From NCBI GenBank assembly GCA_028719205.1, contig JAQUKH010000012.1:1-58891 (forward strand): DNA of 58,891 nucleotides. Direction: 5' to 3'. The position numbers and the translations under genes were made by a program. A model generated the notes under the pieces. That model was not told where the DNA came from. It worked only from the letters and a program-made list of their open reading frames with translations, and ran no database searches. Below, piece after piece: positions 26,660 to 36,943 of the stretch; the first letter of the stretch is position 1; the number at the start of each line of letters is the position of its first letter. This DNA comes from a bacterium. Its GTDB lineage: Bacteria; JACRDZ01; JAQUKH01.

Positions 26660-27453
26660 AAAAATTATTTATTCCCGCGTGTTTTATTCTCTTGTGTTTT
26701 GCTATGATACTGGTGGTTTTGCGCCTTTCACCGGTAGGTGACCCTAGGCTTCCAAGTTATTCAGGTTATCTTGACCCTAAAACCCCGGCTGAAGAAATTG
26801 TTCAAAAAGGCCAGTCCGTCGCGCTTTATTACAACAAAAACGCGGTTTCAGATGTTAATTCAATGAACGTGGTTTCCGCGATGATCCTGGATTACCGGGC
26901 CTATGATACCCTGTATGAGGCAGTAATACTTTTTACCGCGATGATATGTGTATTATCTGTTCTATTATTTGGTTCAGGGAATGGATCCGGATCAGGCAAA
27001 GATTGGGTGCCAAGCATTAATGTAATGGATATTACTAAAAGAATGGTGCCTTTTATTTTAATGTTCGGGCTATATATTATTTTCCGCGGGCATCTTTCAG
27101 CGGGCGGAGGTTTTCAGGGAGGGGTAATTATCGGAGCCGGGTTTATCATTTATACAATAGTTTTTGGATCGGAAAAAGCCGGGCGTTACATCCCTGAAGG
27201 TATTTTAACAATAATGAATAGTTTAGGCATGAGTATTTTTGTATGTTTTGGGCTTTTAGGAATAATTACCGGCTACAATTTTTTAACAAATAAAATCGCG
27301 GGTATTCCACCGATGGGACAAGCCGGAGTTCTGTTAAGCTCGGGAACACTTCTTTGGATCAATATTGGAATCGGAATGAACGTCTCGGGCGCGATAATAC
27401 GTATATTTTATGCTTTTCAGAAAAACGCGGATGGAGAAAGAAGCAATGTTTAA
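26656..27453 (+). CDS. mrpB: MrpB/MbhE+F-like subunit
   Basis: NVVSAMILDYRAYDTLYE and GHLSAGGGFQGG. Confidence 0.88.
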   Translation: MKKLFIPACFILLCFAMILVVLRLSPVGDPRLPSYSGYLDPKTPAEEIVQKGQSVALYYNKNAVSDVNSMNVVSAMILDYRAYDTLYEAVILFTAMICVLSVLLFGSGNGSGSGKDWVPSINVMDITKRMVPFILMFGLYIIFRGHLSAGGGFQGGVIIGAGFIIYTIVFGSEKAGRYIPEGILTIMNSLGMSIFVCFGLLGIITGYNFLTNKIAGIPPMGQAGVLLSSGTLLWINIGIGMNVSGAIIRIFYAFQKNADGERSNV

Positions 27454-27829
27454 CAAAATTACAGGCAATATAGATTTTATTTTTGCCATTATACTTTTTT
27501 GCATCGGTCTTTATGGTTTAACAGTCAAAAAAAATCTGATCAAAAAACTTATCGGGCTGAATATTATGGAAACATCCGTATATCTTTTTTTTATCGCTTT
27601 AGGCGATGTCAGATTAGGTGCAAATATTCAATACTGGGGAAGAACTCCAATAGTTTTGGATACTGTTAAAGCGCGGGCGGGCATTGAGTTTATGGTCAAC
27701 CCGGTTCCTACCGGATTAATACTTACAGCCATCGTAGTAAGCGTGAGTATAACAGCCCTGGGTTTAGCTCTCTCAGTAAAACTATATGAACATTACGGAA
27801 CACTTGACACATCAAAGATGAAAAAATAA
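27446..27829 (+). CDS. mrpC: Mrp subunit C
   Basis: NLIKKLIGL, NPVPTGLILTAIVV, YGTLD. Confidence 0.9.
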   Translation: MFNKITGNIDFIFAIILFCIGLYGLTVKKNLIKKLIGLNIMETSVYLFFIALGDVRLGANIQYWGRTPIVLDTVKARAGIEFMVNPVPTGLILTAIVVSVSITALGLALSVKLYEHYGTLDTSKMKK

Positions 27830-27830
27830 T

Positions 27831-27878
27831 ACCTCCCCTAATCCCCTCCTTGGCAAGGAGGGGACTAAGGGGTGGTGG
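27831..27878. repeat. GC-rich intergenic palindrome (half copy at 30978-30998)
   Basis: CCCCTCCTTG/CAAGGAGGGG stem with outer CCCCT/AGGGG. Confidence 0.7.
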
Positions 27879-27890
27879 AGCGAAGCGACA

Positions 27891-29447
27891 ATGGGCTCTC
27901 ATTTACAGGTTTTAATACCGGTTACATTGATATTAGGCGCTTTCCTGATACCGATCCTTGAACGCTGGTTCAGGAAACTCCTGGAACCATTGGTTATAGG
28001 TATAACCTTTTTTTGCCTGATTTATTCCTGCCTGCTTCTTTATGGGATTTATTTATCCCCGTTAAAAGTTTTTCAGTATTTTGTGGGTTTCTCCTGGAAC
28101 GCGAAAACACTTCTTATCACCGGCGAGCCGATCGGTATTGTCCTTCAGACAGACCTCATAGGCGGGTTTATTTTAGTGCTCATAAATTTTATTTCATTTT
28201 TAGCCGCGATTTATTCTTTGAGATATGTGCCCCAAAATATACCGGATGGAAAAAAGGGTGTTTATTATACATTATTTCTTCTTATGACTGCAGGGATGTC
28301 AGGAATTTGTCTGACGGGGGATATTTTCAACCTTTATGTTTTGTTTGAAGTCGCGAATCTAAGCTCATACGCTCTGGTTTCTATTGACGGAGAAGCAGAG
28401 GCGGTTGAAGCGGCAATTAAATATTTACTGATCAGCGCGCTCGCAAGCATTTTCATTTTTTTCGGCATAGGCCTTTTATACGGCGCTACAGGGACATTAA
28501 ATATGTCTTATGCTTCAAACCAGATCCGAAAGGTTTTGCTTTCAGGGCATGATACATTTCTATTCTCATATAGATATCTTATATTTGCCTCGCTTGCTTT
28601 ATTTACAGCGGGTTTTGGAATAAAAAGCGCGCTGGTGCCAGTTCATGGCTGGCTGCCGGACGCCCATTCAAAGGCTCCATCGCCTATAAGCGCGATGCTT
28701 TCAGGCTTGTTAATAAAAGTTACAGGCATATTTTTGTTTATCCGTTTTTATTTTTCCGTGTTCAGGATCCAGGATGGTTTATACGGCGATATGTTCCCCG
28801 CTTTTATTTTATCTATTGGCGCGATTTCAGCTATCAGCGGGTCTGTATTTGCCATCGCGCAAAAAAATTTAAAAAGGATGCTCGCCTTTTCAACGGTTTC
28901 CCAGATGGGTTATATCTTGATAGGAATAGGATTTTTCAGCCGTGACGGTTTAACAGGAGCGGTACTTCATCTTTTTAACCATTCTGTAATGAAATCGGCC
29001 TTATTTTTGTCGGCAGGAGCGATCTTTTATAAGACAAAATTTACGCGGATAGATGAATTAAAAGGGCTTGGTTTTAAAATGCCTGTTACCTGCGCCTGTT
29101 TTACAATAGCTGCTTTGGGAATGGTCGGGATCCCTCCCATGAGCGGATTTTTCAGTAAGTGGATACTTGGGATCGCGGCCATAAGAGCCGGGTTCCTGCC
29201 GGTTTCAATTATATTTCTTTTAGGGAGTTTACTGAACGCGATTTACTATTTTCGAGTTATAGGAAAGATGTATTTTTTTAACAGGGATTCTTTATCCGTT
29301 CCGGCGCCGGAGGCAGGCATGCGGGAACTGCCGGAAAGTATTTATATTCCGATCGCGATCCTTGCTTTCGCGGTTTTATTTTTTGGCCTTGGGTCGGATA
29401 TCCTTTTAAAGATAATAAGGCCGGGAGTGGAATATTTGTGGAAGTAA
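27891..29447 (+). CDS. mrpD: MrpD/NuoN-like proton-conducting antiporter subunit 1
   Basis: DIFNLYVLFE, KSALVPVHGWLPDAH, KRMLAFSTVSQMGY, GFFSKW. Confidence 0.9.
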   Translation: MGSHLQVLIPVTLILGAFLIPILERWFRKLLEPLVIGITFFCLIYSCLLLYGIYLSPLKVFQYFVGFSWNAKTLLITGEPIGIVLQTDLIGGFILVLINFISFLAAIYSLRYVPQNIPDGKKGVYYTLFLLMTAGMSGICLTGDIFNLYVLFEVANLSSYALVSIDGEAEAVEAAIKYLLISALASIFIFFGIGLLYGATGTLNMSYASNQIRKVLLSGHDTFLFSYRYLIFASLALFTAGFGIKSALVPVHGWLPDAHSKAPSPISAMLSGLLIKVTGIFLFIRFYFSVFRIQDGLYGDMFPAFILSIGAISAISGSVFAIAQKNLKRMLAFSTVSQMGYILIGIGFFSRDGLTGAVLHLFNHSVMKSALFLSAGAIFYKTKFTRIDELKGLGFKMPVTCACFTIAALGMVGIPPMSGFFSKWILGIAAIRAGFLPVSIIFLLGSLLNAIYYFRVIGKMYFFNRDSLSVPAPEAGMRELPESIYIPIAILAFAVLFFGLGSDILLKIIRPGVEYLWK

Positions 29448-29508
29448 TATAAAGCATGGTGCATAGAGCATGGGGCATGGAAAACAGAATTTAAAGAGGG
29501 TGTTATAG

Positions 29509-30978
29509 ATGATCATTTTTTTGCCGGTGATTGTACCGGTCATAATTTCGTTCCTGATTTTCCTTTGCGGGGAAAAGAGGGATAAATTGCGTTATATATT
29601 TTTATTTACTGCCAGTATATTTGATTTTCTGGCGGTTATTTTTATCATGCCTCTGGTTTTAAAACACGACCTGCCTCCGTTAATTCTTCTTCATACTACA
29701 TTTTTCGATCTTAAATTTAAGGTTGATATCCTTTCACTGCTTCTTGCCGTGGTAGTAACTTTTTTATGGATAGTGACAAATTCATATTCGATAGGTTATA
29801 TGGAGAAAAACCATAGTTTAAGGCGTTATTATACGGCCCTGGCATTTTGTGAAGGCGCTGTGATGGGAATTATATTCGCGGCTGATCTTTTTACACTTTT
29901 TGTATTTTATGAGTTATTGACTATAAGCGTATTTCCATTGATCATCCATGAAGAGACTGAAGAAGCGGCAAAGGCAGGAATAATGTATCTGGTATACACG
30001 CTTTCCGGAGGGGCAATGATACTTTTTGGTTGTTTTATAACCTATGCCTTGAATAATGGAAATATTGAATTTATGCCCGGCGGTATGCCGGGTTTGGCAG
30101 GACAAAATAAAATTGTGCTTTATCTTCTCTTTATTCTTTTTACCTGCGGATTCGGCGTGAAAGGCGCGCTTGTGCCTTTGCACGCGTGGCTTCCCAGGGC
30201 AATGGTCGCGCCTACCCCGATCAGCGCGCTTCTCCATGCCGTGGCAGTGGTAAATGTCGGGACCTATGGGCTTATCAGGATGATCTATAATATTTTCGGC
30301 AGGGATCTGTTCCTGAGGCTTCATTTAAATACCATACTCGCGCTTGTTTGCGTGATCACAGTTCTGGGAGCGGCTTTTATGGCCTTCAAACAGCGTCAAT
30401 TAAAAAAGCTTTTAGCCTATTCAACGGTCAACCAGCTTGGTTATGTCGTCCTTGGCGCATCCTCCCTTAATTATTGGGCGCTTACAGGGGGATTGGTCCA
30501 TATCATGTATCATTCAATTATGAAGATCAGTTTGTTCTATGCCGCAGGGATGATCATCAGGTTTAAAGGTAAGATCAGGATCCCGCAATTATCAGGGATA
30601 TCAAAAGAAATGCCTGTTACTATGGCCTGTTTTGTAATAGGGGTTATCGGCATTGTAGGGCTTCCGCCTATGGCAGGATGGCTAAGCAAATGGAATCTGG
30701 TTAAAGGGCATCTTTTAATTAATGAGCCGGTTTTAGCGTCTGTTTTTCTGATCAATACGGTTATAGAAGTCGGATATTTTTTGCCGCCGATACTTTACGC
30801 GTATTTTGGAGTTTTGGATGAGTCTCCCGGATCTTCGGAAAAAACATCAGAGGCTCCATTAAATATGTTAATACCTTTAGTTATAGTTACTGTTTTATCT
30901 TTTACATTTGGTTTGTTCGGTTCATTGCCGTATGTTTTGTCAAACAAAGCGGCGGCAGAACTGTTGATGATAAAATGA
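29509..30978 (+). CDS. MrpD-like antiporter subunit 2
   Basis: FVFYE, KGALVPLHAWLPRAMVAPTPISALLHAVAVV, LAYSTVNQLGY. Confidence 0.9.
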   Translation: MIIFLPVIVPVIISFLIFLCGEKRDKLRYIFLFTASIFDFLAVIFIMPLVLKHDLPPLILLHTTFFDLKFKVDILSLLLAVVVTFLWIVTNSYSIGYMEKNHSLRRYYTALAFCEGAVMGIIFAADLFTLFVFYELLTISVFPLIIHEETEEAAKAGIMYLVYTLSGGAMILFGCFITYALNNGNIEFMPGGMPGLAGQNKIVLYLLFILFTCGFGVKGALVPLHAWLPRAMVAPTPISALLHAVAVVNVGTYGLIRMIYNIFGRDLFLRLHLNTILALVCVITVLGAAFMAFKQRQLKKLLAYSTVNQLGYVVLGASSLNYWALTGGLVHIMYHSIMKISLFYAAGMIIRFKGKIRIPQLSGISKEMPVTMACFVIGVIGIVGLPPMAGWLSKWNLVKGHLLINEPVLASVFLINTVIEVGYFLPPILYAYFGVLDESPGSSEKTSEAPLNMLIPLVIVTVLSFTFGLFGSLPYVLSNKAAAELLMIK

Positions 30979-31007
30979 GGAGGGGATAAAGGGGTGGTAA
31001 TTATATT

Positions 31008-32507
31008 ATGTTAATAAATTATATTCCTCTAGTTATAATAATTTCTCCGGCGATCTGGTTTTTACTAAACCCTTTTCTATCCCGGCGGATAATGCATAAT
31101 CTTGTGCCCGTTATTTGCGCGGCTAATTTTTTGCTGATAATGTCTATTTATCCGTATATTTTCAGCGGGAATATCATAGAGTTAACAATATTCAACGGAC
31201 TGGATATTGAACTGAAATTCAGTGTAGACAGCTTTAATTTTTTCATGGGAGGTATTTCCGTTTTTATCTGGATATTATCGAGTGTTTACGCTGTTGAATA
31301 TCAAAAGCAAGATGAAGCGCTCGGGCGGTATGATACTTTTTCTCTTCTTTCCCTGAGCGGGATGCTGGGAATAGTTTTTAGCGGTAATTTATTTACTTTA
31401 TATATCTTCTTTGAACTTCTAACGATCGCGTCAGCCGTTTTGATATTCCATTCGCAGACACAAGCATCATTAAAGGCAGGGCTTTTATATATATTTTGCG
31501 GCGTTATCGGAGGCATGATACTTTTACTGGTTATTATCGCTACTTATAATTATACCGGCACGGGAGACCTTTCATTGATCGGCGCCGGATTGAAAAATCA
31601 TCCCGCGCTTCCCTATATTTTTTGGGGATATATTATAGGCTTCGGTATTAAGGCAGGGCTTTTTCCATTTCACATCTGGCTTCCAAGCGCGCATCCCGTC
31701 GCGCCGTCGCCCGCGTCAGCCCTGCATTCGGGTATAATGATAAAGGCGGGGGCTTATGGAATTATCAAGGTTATTTATAATATTTTTGGAAAAGAGATTT
31801 TAGGTAATTTTCATTCCGCGATGATGAGCTGTTTTTTGATATTGGTTTTGATAACTATTTTATTCGGCTCGATTATAGCTGTAACCCAGATCGATATTAA
31901 AAGAATGCTCGCGTATTCCTCCATTTCACAGATAGGGTGTATTACTATGGGAGCGGTTTTACTTTCTCCCTCCGGTTTGAAAGGCGCGTTTCTGTATATT
32001 TTTAATCATGCCCTTATAAAAAGCAATCTTTTTCTTTGCGCCGGGTGTTTTATAAAAAAGACAGGCTTAAAGGAAATACCGGGCCTGCGCGGTATTGGAA
32101 GAAAAATGCCTGTAACCACGTTCTGTTTTACAATTTCAGCGCTTTCAATAATCGGGATCCCGCCTTTAAACGGATTTGCGAGCAAATGGCTTCTGGCCCT
32201 TGGGGCGTTAGAAGCTGAGAAAATCGGTTTTTATTATCCGGGAACCGGAGTAATTTGCCTTGTTATTTTATTGATCAGCAGTTTTCTCGGCCTTGTTTAT
32301 TATTCCCCGCTTGTGATCGGCGGGTGGTTTGGAGATAAAGACGCGAAAAAATTAAATTTAAGCGCGGCAATATCGGAAGAAATAAAAGATGGAAATCTCT
32401 GGATGATAATCCCGATAGTAATTTTAACATTTTGTATTATATTTTTTGGAATATATCCAAAATTCCCTATGAGCATGGTGGAAAAAATGACAGCGGAATA
32501 TTTTTAA
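31008..32507 (+). CDS. MrpD-like antiporter subunit 3
   Basis: YIFFE, KAGLFPFHIWLPSAHPVAPSPASA, KRMLAYSSISQ. Confidence 0.9.
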   Translation: MLINYIPLVIIISPAIWFLLNPFLSRRIMHNLVPVICAANFLLIMSIYPYIFSGNIIELTIFNGLDIELKFSVDSFNFFMGGISVFIWILSSVYAVEYQKQDEALGRYDTFSLLSLSGMLGIVFSGNLFTLYIFFELLTIASAVLIFHSQTQASLKAGLLYIFCGVIGGMILLLVIIATYNYTGTGDLSLIGAGLKNHPALPYIFWGYIIGFGIKAGLFPFHIWLPSAHPVAPSPASALHSGIMIKAGAYGIIKVIYNIFGKEILGNFHSAMMSCFLILVLITILFGSIIAVTQIDIKRMLAYSSISQIGCITMGAVLLSPSGLKGAFLYIFNHALIKSNLFLCAGCFIKKTGLKEIPGLRGIGRKMPVTTFCFTISALSIIGIPPLNGFASKWLLALGALEAEKIGFYYPGTGVICLVILLISSFLGLVYYSPLVIGGWFGDKDAKKLNLSAAISEEIKDGNLWMIIPIVILTFCIIFFGIYPKFPMSMVEKMTAEYF

Positions 32508-32518
32508 GGAGTGAATAG

Positions 32519-34807
32519 TTGAATAATTTTATTACACCGGATATCAGTAATGCCGCTTATTATCCAATATGGTGTATTTTACTGCCTGTTTTCGGCGCGT
32601 TTTTAGTTATGATCGCGGGAAAAAGAGAACGGATTCGGCAGGGAATTACAGTATTGACTGTGGCGGTTAATTTTATATTGCTGTTAATGATGATAAACCC
32701 GGTGATTAACGGAATAGGATCAGGCGGTGAACTTTATAAAGGATTATTTTTCAAGATAGAATATTTTTACACCTACAGCTTTAGTTTTAAAGTGGATCCT
32801 GTAAGTTTATTGATCGCGCTCGCGACAAATTTCGTCTGGCTGATGTCAGTGATATACGCTATAGGATATATGCGGGGCGAGCATAAAAGAACCAGATATG
32901 ATTTTTTTGTTTTAATAAGCCTGATGATGAATTTAGGCGTGCTTTTAGCAGGGGACCTGTTAACATTATTCATATTTTTCGAAGGAATGCTTTTAGCATT
33001 ATATCCACTGGTAATACACGAAGAAAACGAATCATCGAGGATGGCGGCAAAGGTGTATTTATATATGGGAGTCGCGACCGGGCTTTGTTTACTGGCGGGA
33101 ATATTTTTATTGAACTATTTTACAGGGAGCCTTGATATCGGGACTATGGGCGATAAGCTTGGGATGCTAGGCGTATGGAAATATATCATCGCGGGGTTAT
33201 TGATCTTAGGCTTTGGAGGTAAGGCCGGTATATTTTTTGAGCATATTTGGCTGCCTCTGGCGCATCCTGTGGCGCCAAGCCCGGCAAGCGCGATATTATC
33301 CGGGGCGGTGATAAAGGCAGGGGCATACGGAATAATACGGGTTGTGAATATGTTTTATTTACCCGTAATGGAAAACGCGGATAACTGGCTTACGATGAGT
33401 AATATCGGATATGTAATGATATGGATCGGAGTCCTTACAATGTTTTTAGGAGTATTGAGCGCCCTGATCTCGTCAAACGCTAAAAAGATGCTCGCGTTCC
33501 ACAGCATAAGCCAGATGGGTTACATTGTTATGGGTATAGGATGCGCGGCTTATCTTGGCAAGGATGGCGCGATGGGATTGTCCGGCGCGTTGTATCATAT
33601 AATAAATCACGCGCTATTCAAGGCGAGTTTGTTTTTGTGCGCGGGCGCGGTTTATTTCAGGACGAAAGAATTGGATATGTATAAGCTGGGCGGACTGTGG
33701 AAAAATATGCCGGTAACCTGCGTTTGTCTGTTTATAGCGGTTTGCGGAATATCAGGGATGCCGGGATTTAACGGTTTCGCGAGCAAGACGCTTTTGCATC
33801 ATTCGATAGTGGAGGCTTATGAACATTCCTCGCTTTATTTCGGGAAACCGGATAAAATGCTGCGTGTGGCGGAAATAATATTTATGTTAACGGCCGGCGG
33901 CACCTTCGCGTCGAATTTTAAATTATTTATTTTAATATTTTTGGGTAAAAACAAAAATGAGGAATATAAGGCTCTGAAAGAGGTCCCTTTCACGATGAAA
34001 ATATCCTTGATCAGTTTTTCAGCAATGATCATTTTTATCGGATTATTTCCAAATCTGCTTTTGAAATATTTGATCAGCCCGGGGGTAAGTTATTTAGGAT
34101 ATGAGCCGCTCGGAAACGGGCTTTTTACAGGCAGTGAGATTTTGCGTAATTTACCGGGTGTCGGGACTGTAATATTGCTGGGTGGGATATATTTTGTCCT
34201 TGGATTTAAATTAGGATGGTTCCATGTCCGGGTGCCGCGATATCTAACGGTTGAATATTACTATAGAAAAATATTTAATGGTTTTATTAATTTATGTTCA
34301 GGCCCGGTTTTTATTTTAGGGGAACGGATAAAAACCGCGGTTCAGTACATATTTTTAGATTTCTGGCAGGGTGAAGATCTTTTGGAAAATAAAACATCAT
34401 GGCGGTTTTTTGATAAAATAGATACAGCTGTGGATAATGAAATAAATAAGATCAGCCTTATTGGAAAAAATTGGCGTTTTTATGAGGAGCTTGAGGATAA
34501 TTATTCAAAAAAACTGGATAAATTAGTAGATACGAAAAAATATTGGGAAATATTCAAAAAAGTTGACAGCTCATACGAAATGTCGCTTGATAAGGCAGTA
34601 TACAGCGTTTTGGGACTGGAGGAATTGAGGGTATGCAAGATCGAACCCGAAAAAATACCCGGAGAAAAGGCCGCCCCATGGTTCATGAAACTGACACAGG
34701 AAATAACCCTGTTGGACAGCGGTGATATTAGTAACAACATAGCTTTGATAATATTTACGCTTAGTATATTGATCGCTTTGCTTATCGGAATCGCGTTTTT
34801 TATTTAA
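32519..34807 (+). CDS. MrpA/NuoL/HyfB-like antiporter subunit 4 with long C-terminal lateral helix
   Basis: FIFFE, HIWLPLAHPVAPSPASA, KMLAFHSISQMGY; ~170-aa hydrophilic extension before a final TM helix; TTG start after AGGAG. Confidence 0.88.
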   Translation: MNNFITPDISNAAYYPIWCILLPVFGAFLVMIAGKRERIRQGITVLTVAVNFILLLMMINPVINGIGSGGELYKGLFFKIEYFYTYSFSFKVDPVSLLIALATNFVWLMSVIYAIGYMRGEHKRTRYDFFVLISLMMNLGVLLAGDLLTLFIFFEGMLLALYPLVIHEENESSRMAAKVYLYMGVATGLCLLAGIFLLNYFTGSLDIGTMGDKLGMLGVWKYIIAGLLILGFGGKAGIFFEHIWLPLAHPVAPSPASAILSGAVIKAGAYGIIRVVNMFYLPVMENADNWLTMSNIGYVMIWIGVLTMFLGVLSALISSNAKKMLAFHSISQMGYIVMGIGCAAYLGKDGAMGLSGALYHIINHALFKASLFLCAGAVYFRTKELDMYKLGGLWKNMPVTCVCLFIAVCGISGMPGFNGFASKTLLHHSIVEAYEHSSLYFGKPDKMLRVAEIIFMLTAGGTFASNFKLFILIFLGKNKNEEYKALKEVPFTMKISLISFSAMIIFIGLFPNLLLKYLISPGVSYLGYEPLGNGLFTGSEILRNLPGVGTVILLGGIYFVLGFKLGWFHVRVPRYLTVEYYYRKIFNGFINLCSGPVFILGERIKTAVQYIFLDFWQGEDLLENKTSWRFFDKIDTAVDNEINKISLIGKNWRFYEELEDNYSKKLDKLVDTKKYWEIFKKVDSSYEMSLDKAVYSVLGLEELRVCKIEPEKIPGEKAAPWFMKLTQEITLLDSGDISNNIALIIFTLSILIALLIGIAFFI

Positions 34808-34857
34808 TAGACTAGAAGTGTTTACTTTTAACCAAAAATATTGTAAAATAAACAACT

Positions 34858-35772
34858 ATGAAAAAGTTAATTACTTTATCCCTTTTTCTTGTTTTTGCCA
34901 GTGCCTGCGGGAAACCATATAAAAAAGAAGATATTGCCAAAAAAGAAGTTATTGCAGAGAAGGAAGAAGGCATTAAAAAAGAAGATGATATCAGAACGGA
35001 AGAGTGGAAAAGGACAGGGATTACCAATATAGCCGGAAATATGACCTGGCGGAATGATGTGCAGGTCAGAGGAATAATACAGGTAGAAAAGGGAGCTAAA
35101 CTTACGATACTTCCGGGAACCAAGATTGAATTTATACGTATTGATAAGAACAATGACGGAGCCGGGGAAGCAGGTATGGTAATTTATGGTAATGTAGTCG
35201 CGGAAGGAATTGAAGCTAATCCAATTATTTTTACATCGGCCGCGTCCGTTAAAAATAAAAACGACTGGCAGGGGATTTATCTTGAGGGCAGTAATGATAG
35301 TTTATTCAGGAATTGTATTATTGAATACGCGGATAAAGCGCTTCATATGCATTCCTCTCCGGCAGTGATTTCAAGGTGCGAATTAAGATTTAATCAGGGT
35401 GCCCTGCATTTCCGCGACTCTAATATAATGCTTGACCATAATTATATCCATCATAATATTATCGGATTGCGGATCTGGGATTCTGATCCTGTGATCACAT
35501 CGAACACTGTCAGGGAAAATCAAACAGGTATTTTTTGCGCGGAAGGGGTAAAAAATATATTTATCCAGAATAATAATATTTATGAGAATAGTGAATATAA
35601 TGTCGGATTGGGAGAATCGCAGAAAGATAATGTAAATGCCCAGAACAATTATTGGGGTTCTAAAAATTATAAAGATATTGAACAAAAGATATATGATAAG
35701 TCTGATTCGGAATATATCGGTAAGGTGATCTATTCTCCGTTCCTTTTTGAAATGGTTGATATAAATAAATAG
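34858..35772 (+). CDS. Lipoprotein with right-handed parallel beta-helix (NosD/pectin-lyase-like)
   Basis: Lipobox ASAC; LTILPGT, PIIFTS, DWQGI, Asn ladders, NNYWG. Confidence 0.8.
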   Translation: MKKLITLSLFLVFASACGKPYKKEDIAKKEVIAEKEEGIKKEDDIRTEEWKRTGITNIAGNMTWRNDVQVRGIIQVEKGAKLTILPGTKIEFIRIDKNNDGAGEAGMVIYGNVVAEGIEANPIIFTSAASVKNKNDWQGIYLEGSNDSLFRNCIIEYADKALHMHSSPAVISRCELRFNQGALHFRDSNIMLDHNYIHHNIIGLRIWDSDPVITSNTVRENQTGIFCAEGVKNIFIQNNNIYENSEYNVGLGESQKDNVNAQNNYWGSKNYKDIEQKIYDKSDSEYIGKVIYSPFLFEMVDINK

Positions 35773-35782
35773 ACAAAAAAAT

Positions 35783-36943
35783 ATGGTAAAAAAGAAATTG
35801 ATCTATCTCGATAACGCGGCGACATCTTTTCCCAAACCTGAACAGGTTTATCAAAAGATGGATCATTGTATGAGAAATATTGGGGCTAATCCCGGCCGCT
35901 CAGGGCACCGTATGGCGATAAAAGCGGACGAGATGGTCTACAATACCCGTGAAACAATTAAAAAATTATTTAATATATCTAACTCGGAAAATATTATATT
36001 TACATCTAACGCTACAATAGCGTTGAATTTAGGGATTAAAGGTGTCTTGCAAAAAGGGGATGAGGTTATATCAAGTTCAATAGAACATAATTCAGTTTTC
36101 AGGCCGCTTATGCAGTTGATAAAAAAGGGTGTCAGGGTTAAATTTATACCTTGTTCAGAGGATGGTTTTCTTGATCCTGATGATGTCGAAAAGGCCGTAA
36201 CTGATAAGACTAAATTAATTATCGTTAATCACGCCTCAAATGTTACAGGAAATATAACCCCCATTAAAGAAATTGGAAAGATAGCGAAAAGATCAGGAGC
36301 CATTTTTTTTATTGATGCCGCCCAGACCGCCGGGAACATATCTATTGATGTTAAAAGAGATTATATTGATATGCTTGCCTGTTCAGGCCATAAAAGCCTT
36401 TTAGGCCCTCAGGGAACAGGGATCTTATATGTCCGCCCGGGAATTGAGTTAAATACAATAATCGAAGGCGGTACCGGCAGCAGTTCTGAAAGTGAGAATC
36501 AACCTGAACTTTTACCGGATAAGTTAGAGAGCGGGACACTTAATACCGTAGGAATAGTCGGATTGGGCGCGGGTGTGGATTTTATCTTAAAAACCGGATT
36601 GGACAAAATTAGAAACAGAAAAGTGTTTTTAACAATAAAATTATTAAAAGGTTTAGAAAATTTAAATGGAATAAAAATTTATGGCCCGGGAGACGCGGGT
36701 AAAATTGTACCAATAGTTTCATTTAATATAAATTCAATTGATCCGTCTGAAGTAGGTTATCTTTTAGATGAGCGTTTTGGAATAATGACAAGGGTGGGAT
36801 TGCATTGTTCACCACTGGCTCATAAAACGATCGGCTCATTTCCCAAAGGGACAGTCAGGGTTAGTTTGGGTTATTTTAATACTGAAGGTGATATCGATTA
36901 TTTGATAAATAGCTTGAAAAATATTTTAAAAACGAAGGCATAA
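35783..36943 (+). CDS. Cysteine desulfurase/selenocysteine lyase family (class V PLP) protein
   Basis: YLDNAATSFPKP, DAAQTAG, SGHKSLLGPQG, RVGLHCSP, RVSLGYFN. Confidence 0.93.
   Translation: MVKKKLIYLDNAATSFPKPEQVYQKMDHCMRNIGANPGRSGHRMAIKADEMVYNTRETIKKLFNISNSENIIFTSNATIALNLGIKGVLQKGDEVISSSIEHNSVFRPLMQLIKKGVRVKFIPCSEDGFLDPDDVEKAVTDKTKLIIVNHASNVTGNITPIKEIGKIAKRSGAIFFIDAAQTAGNISIDVKRDYIDMLACSGHKSLLGPQGTGILYVRPGIELNTIIEGGTGSSSESENQPELLPDKLESGTLNTVGIVGLGAGVDFILKTGLDKIRNRKVFLTIKLLKGLENLNGIKIYGPGDAGKIVPIVSFNINSIDPSEVGYLLDERFGIMTRVGLHCSPLAHKTIGSFPKGTVRVSLGYFNTEGDIDYLINSLKNILKTKA

Noticed and set aside
25230-34807. Membrane-bound hydrogenase (Mbh/Ech/Hyf) or complex I
   Set aside because: No NiFe large/small subunit, Fe-S subunit or NuoH-like gene in or beside the operon
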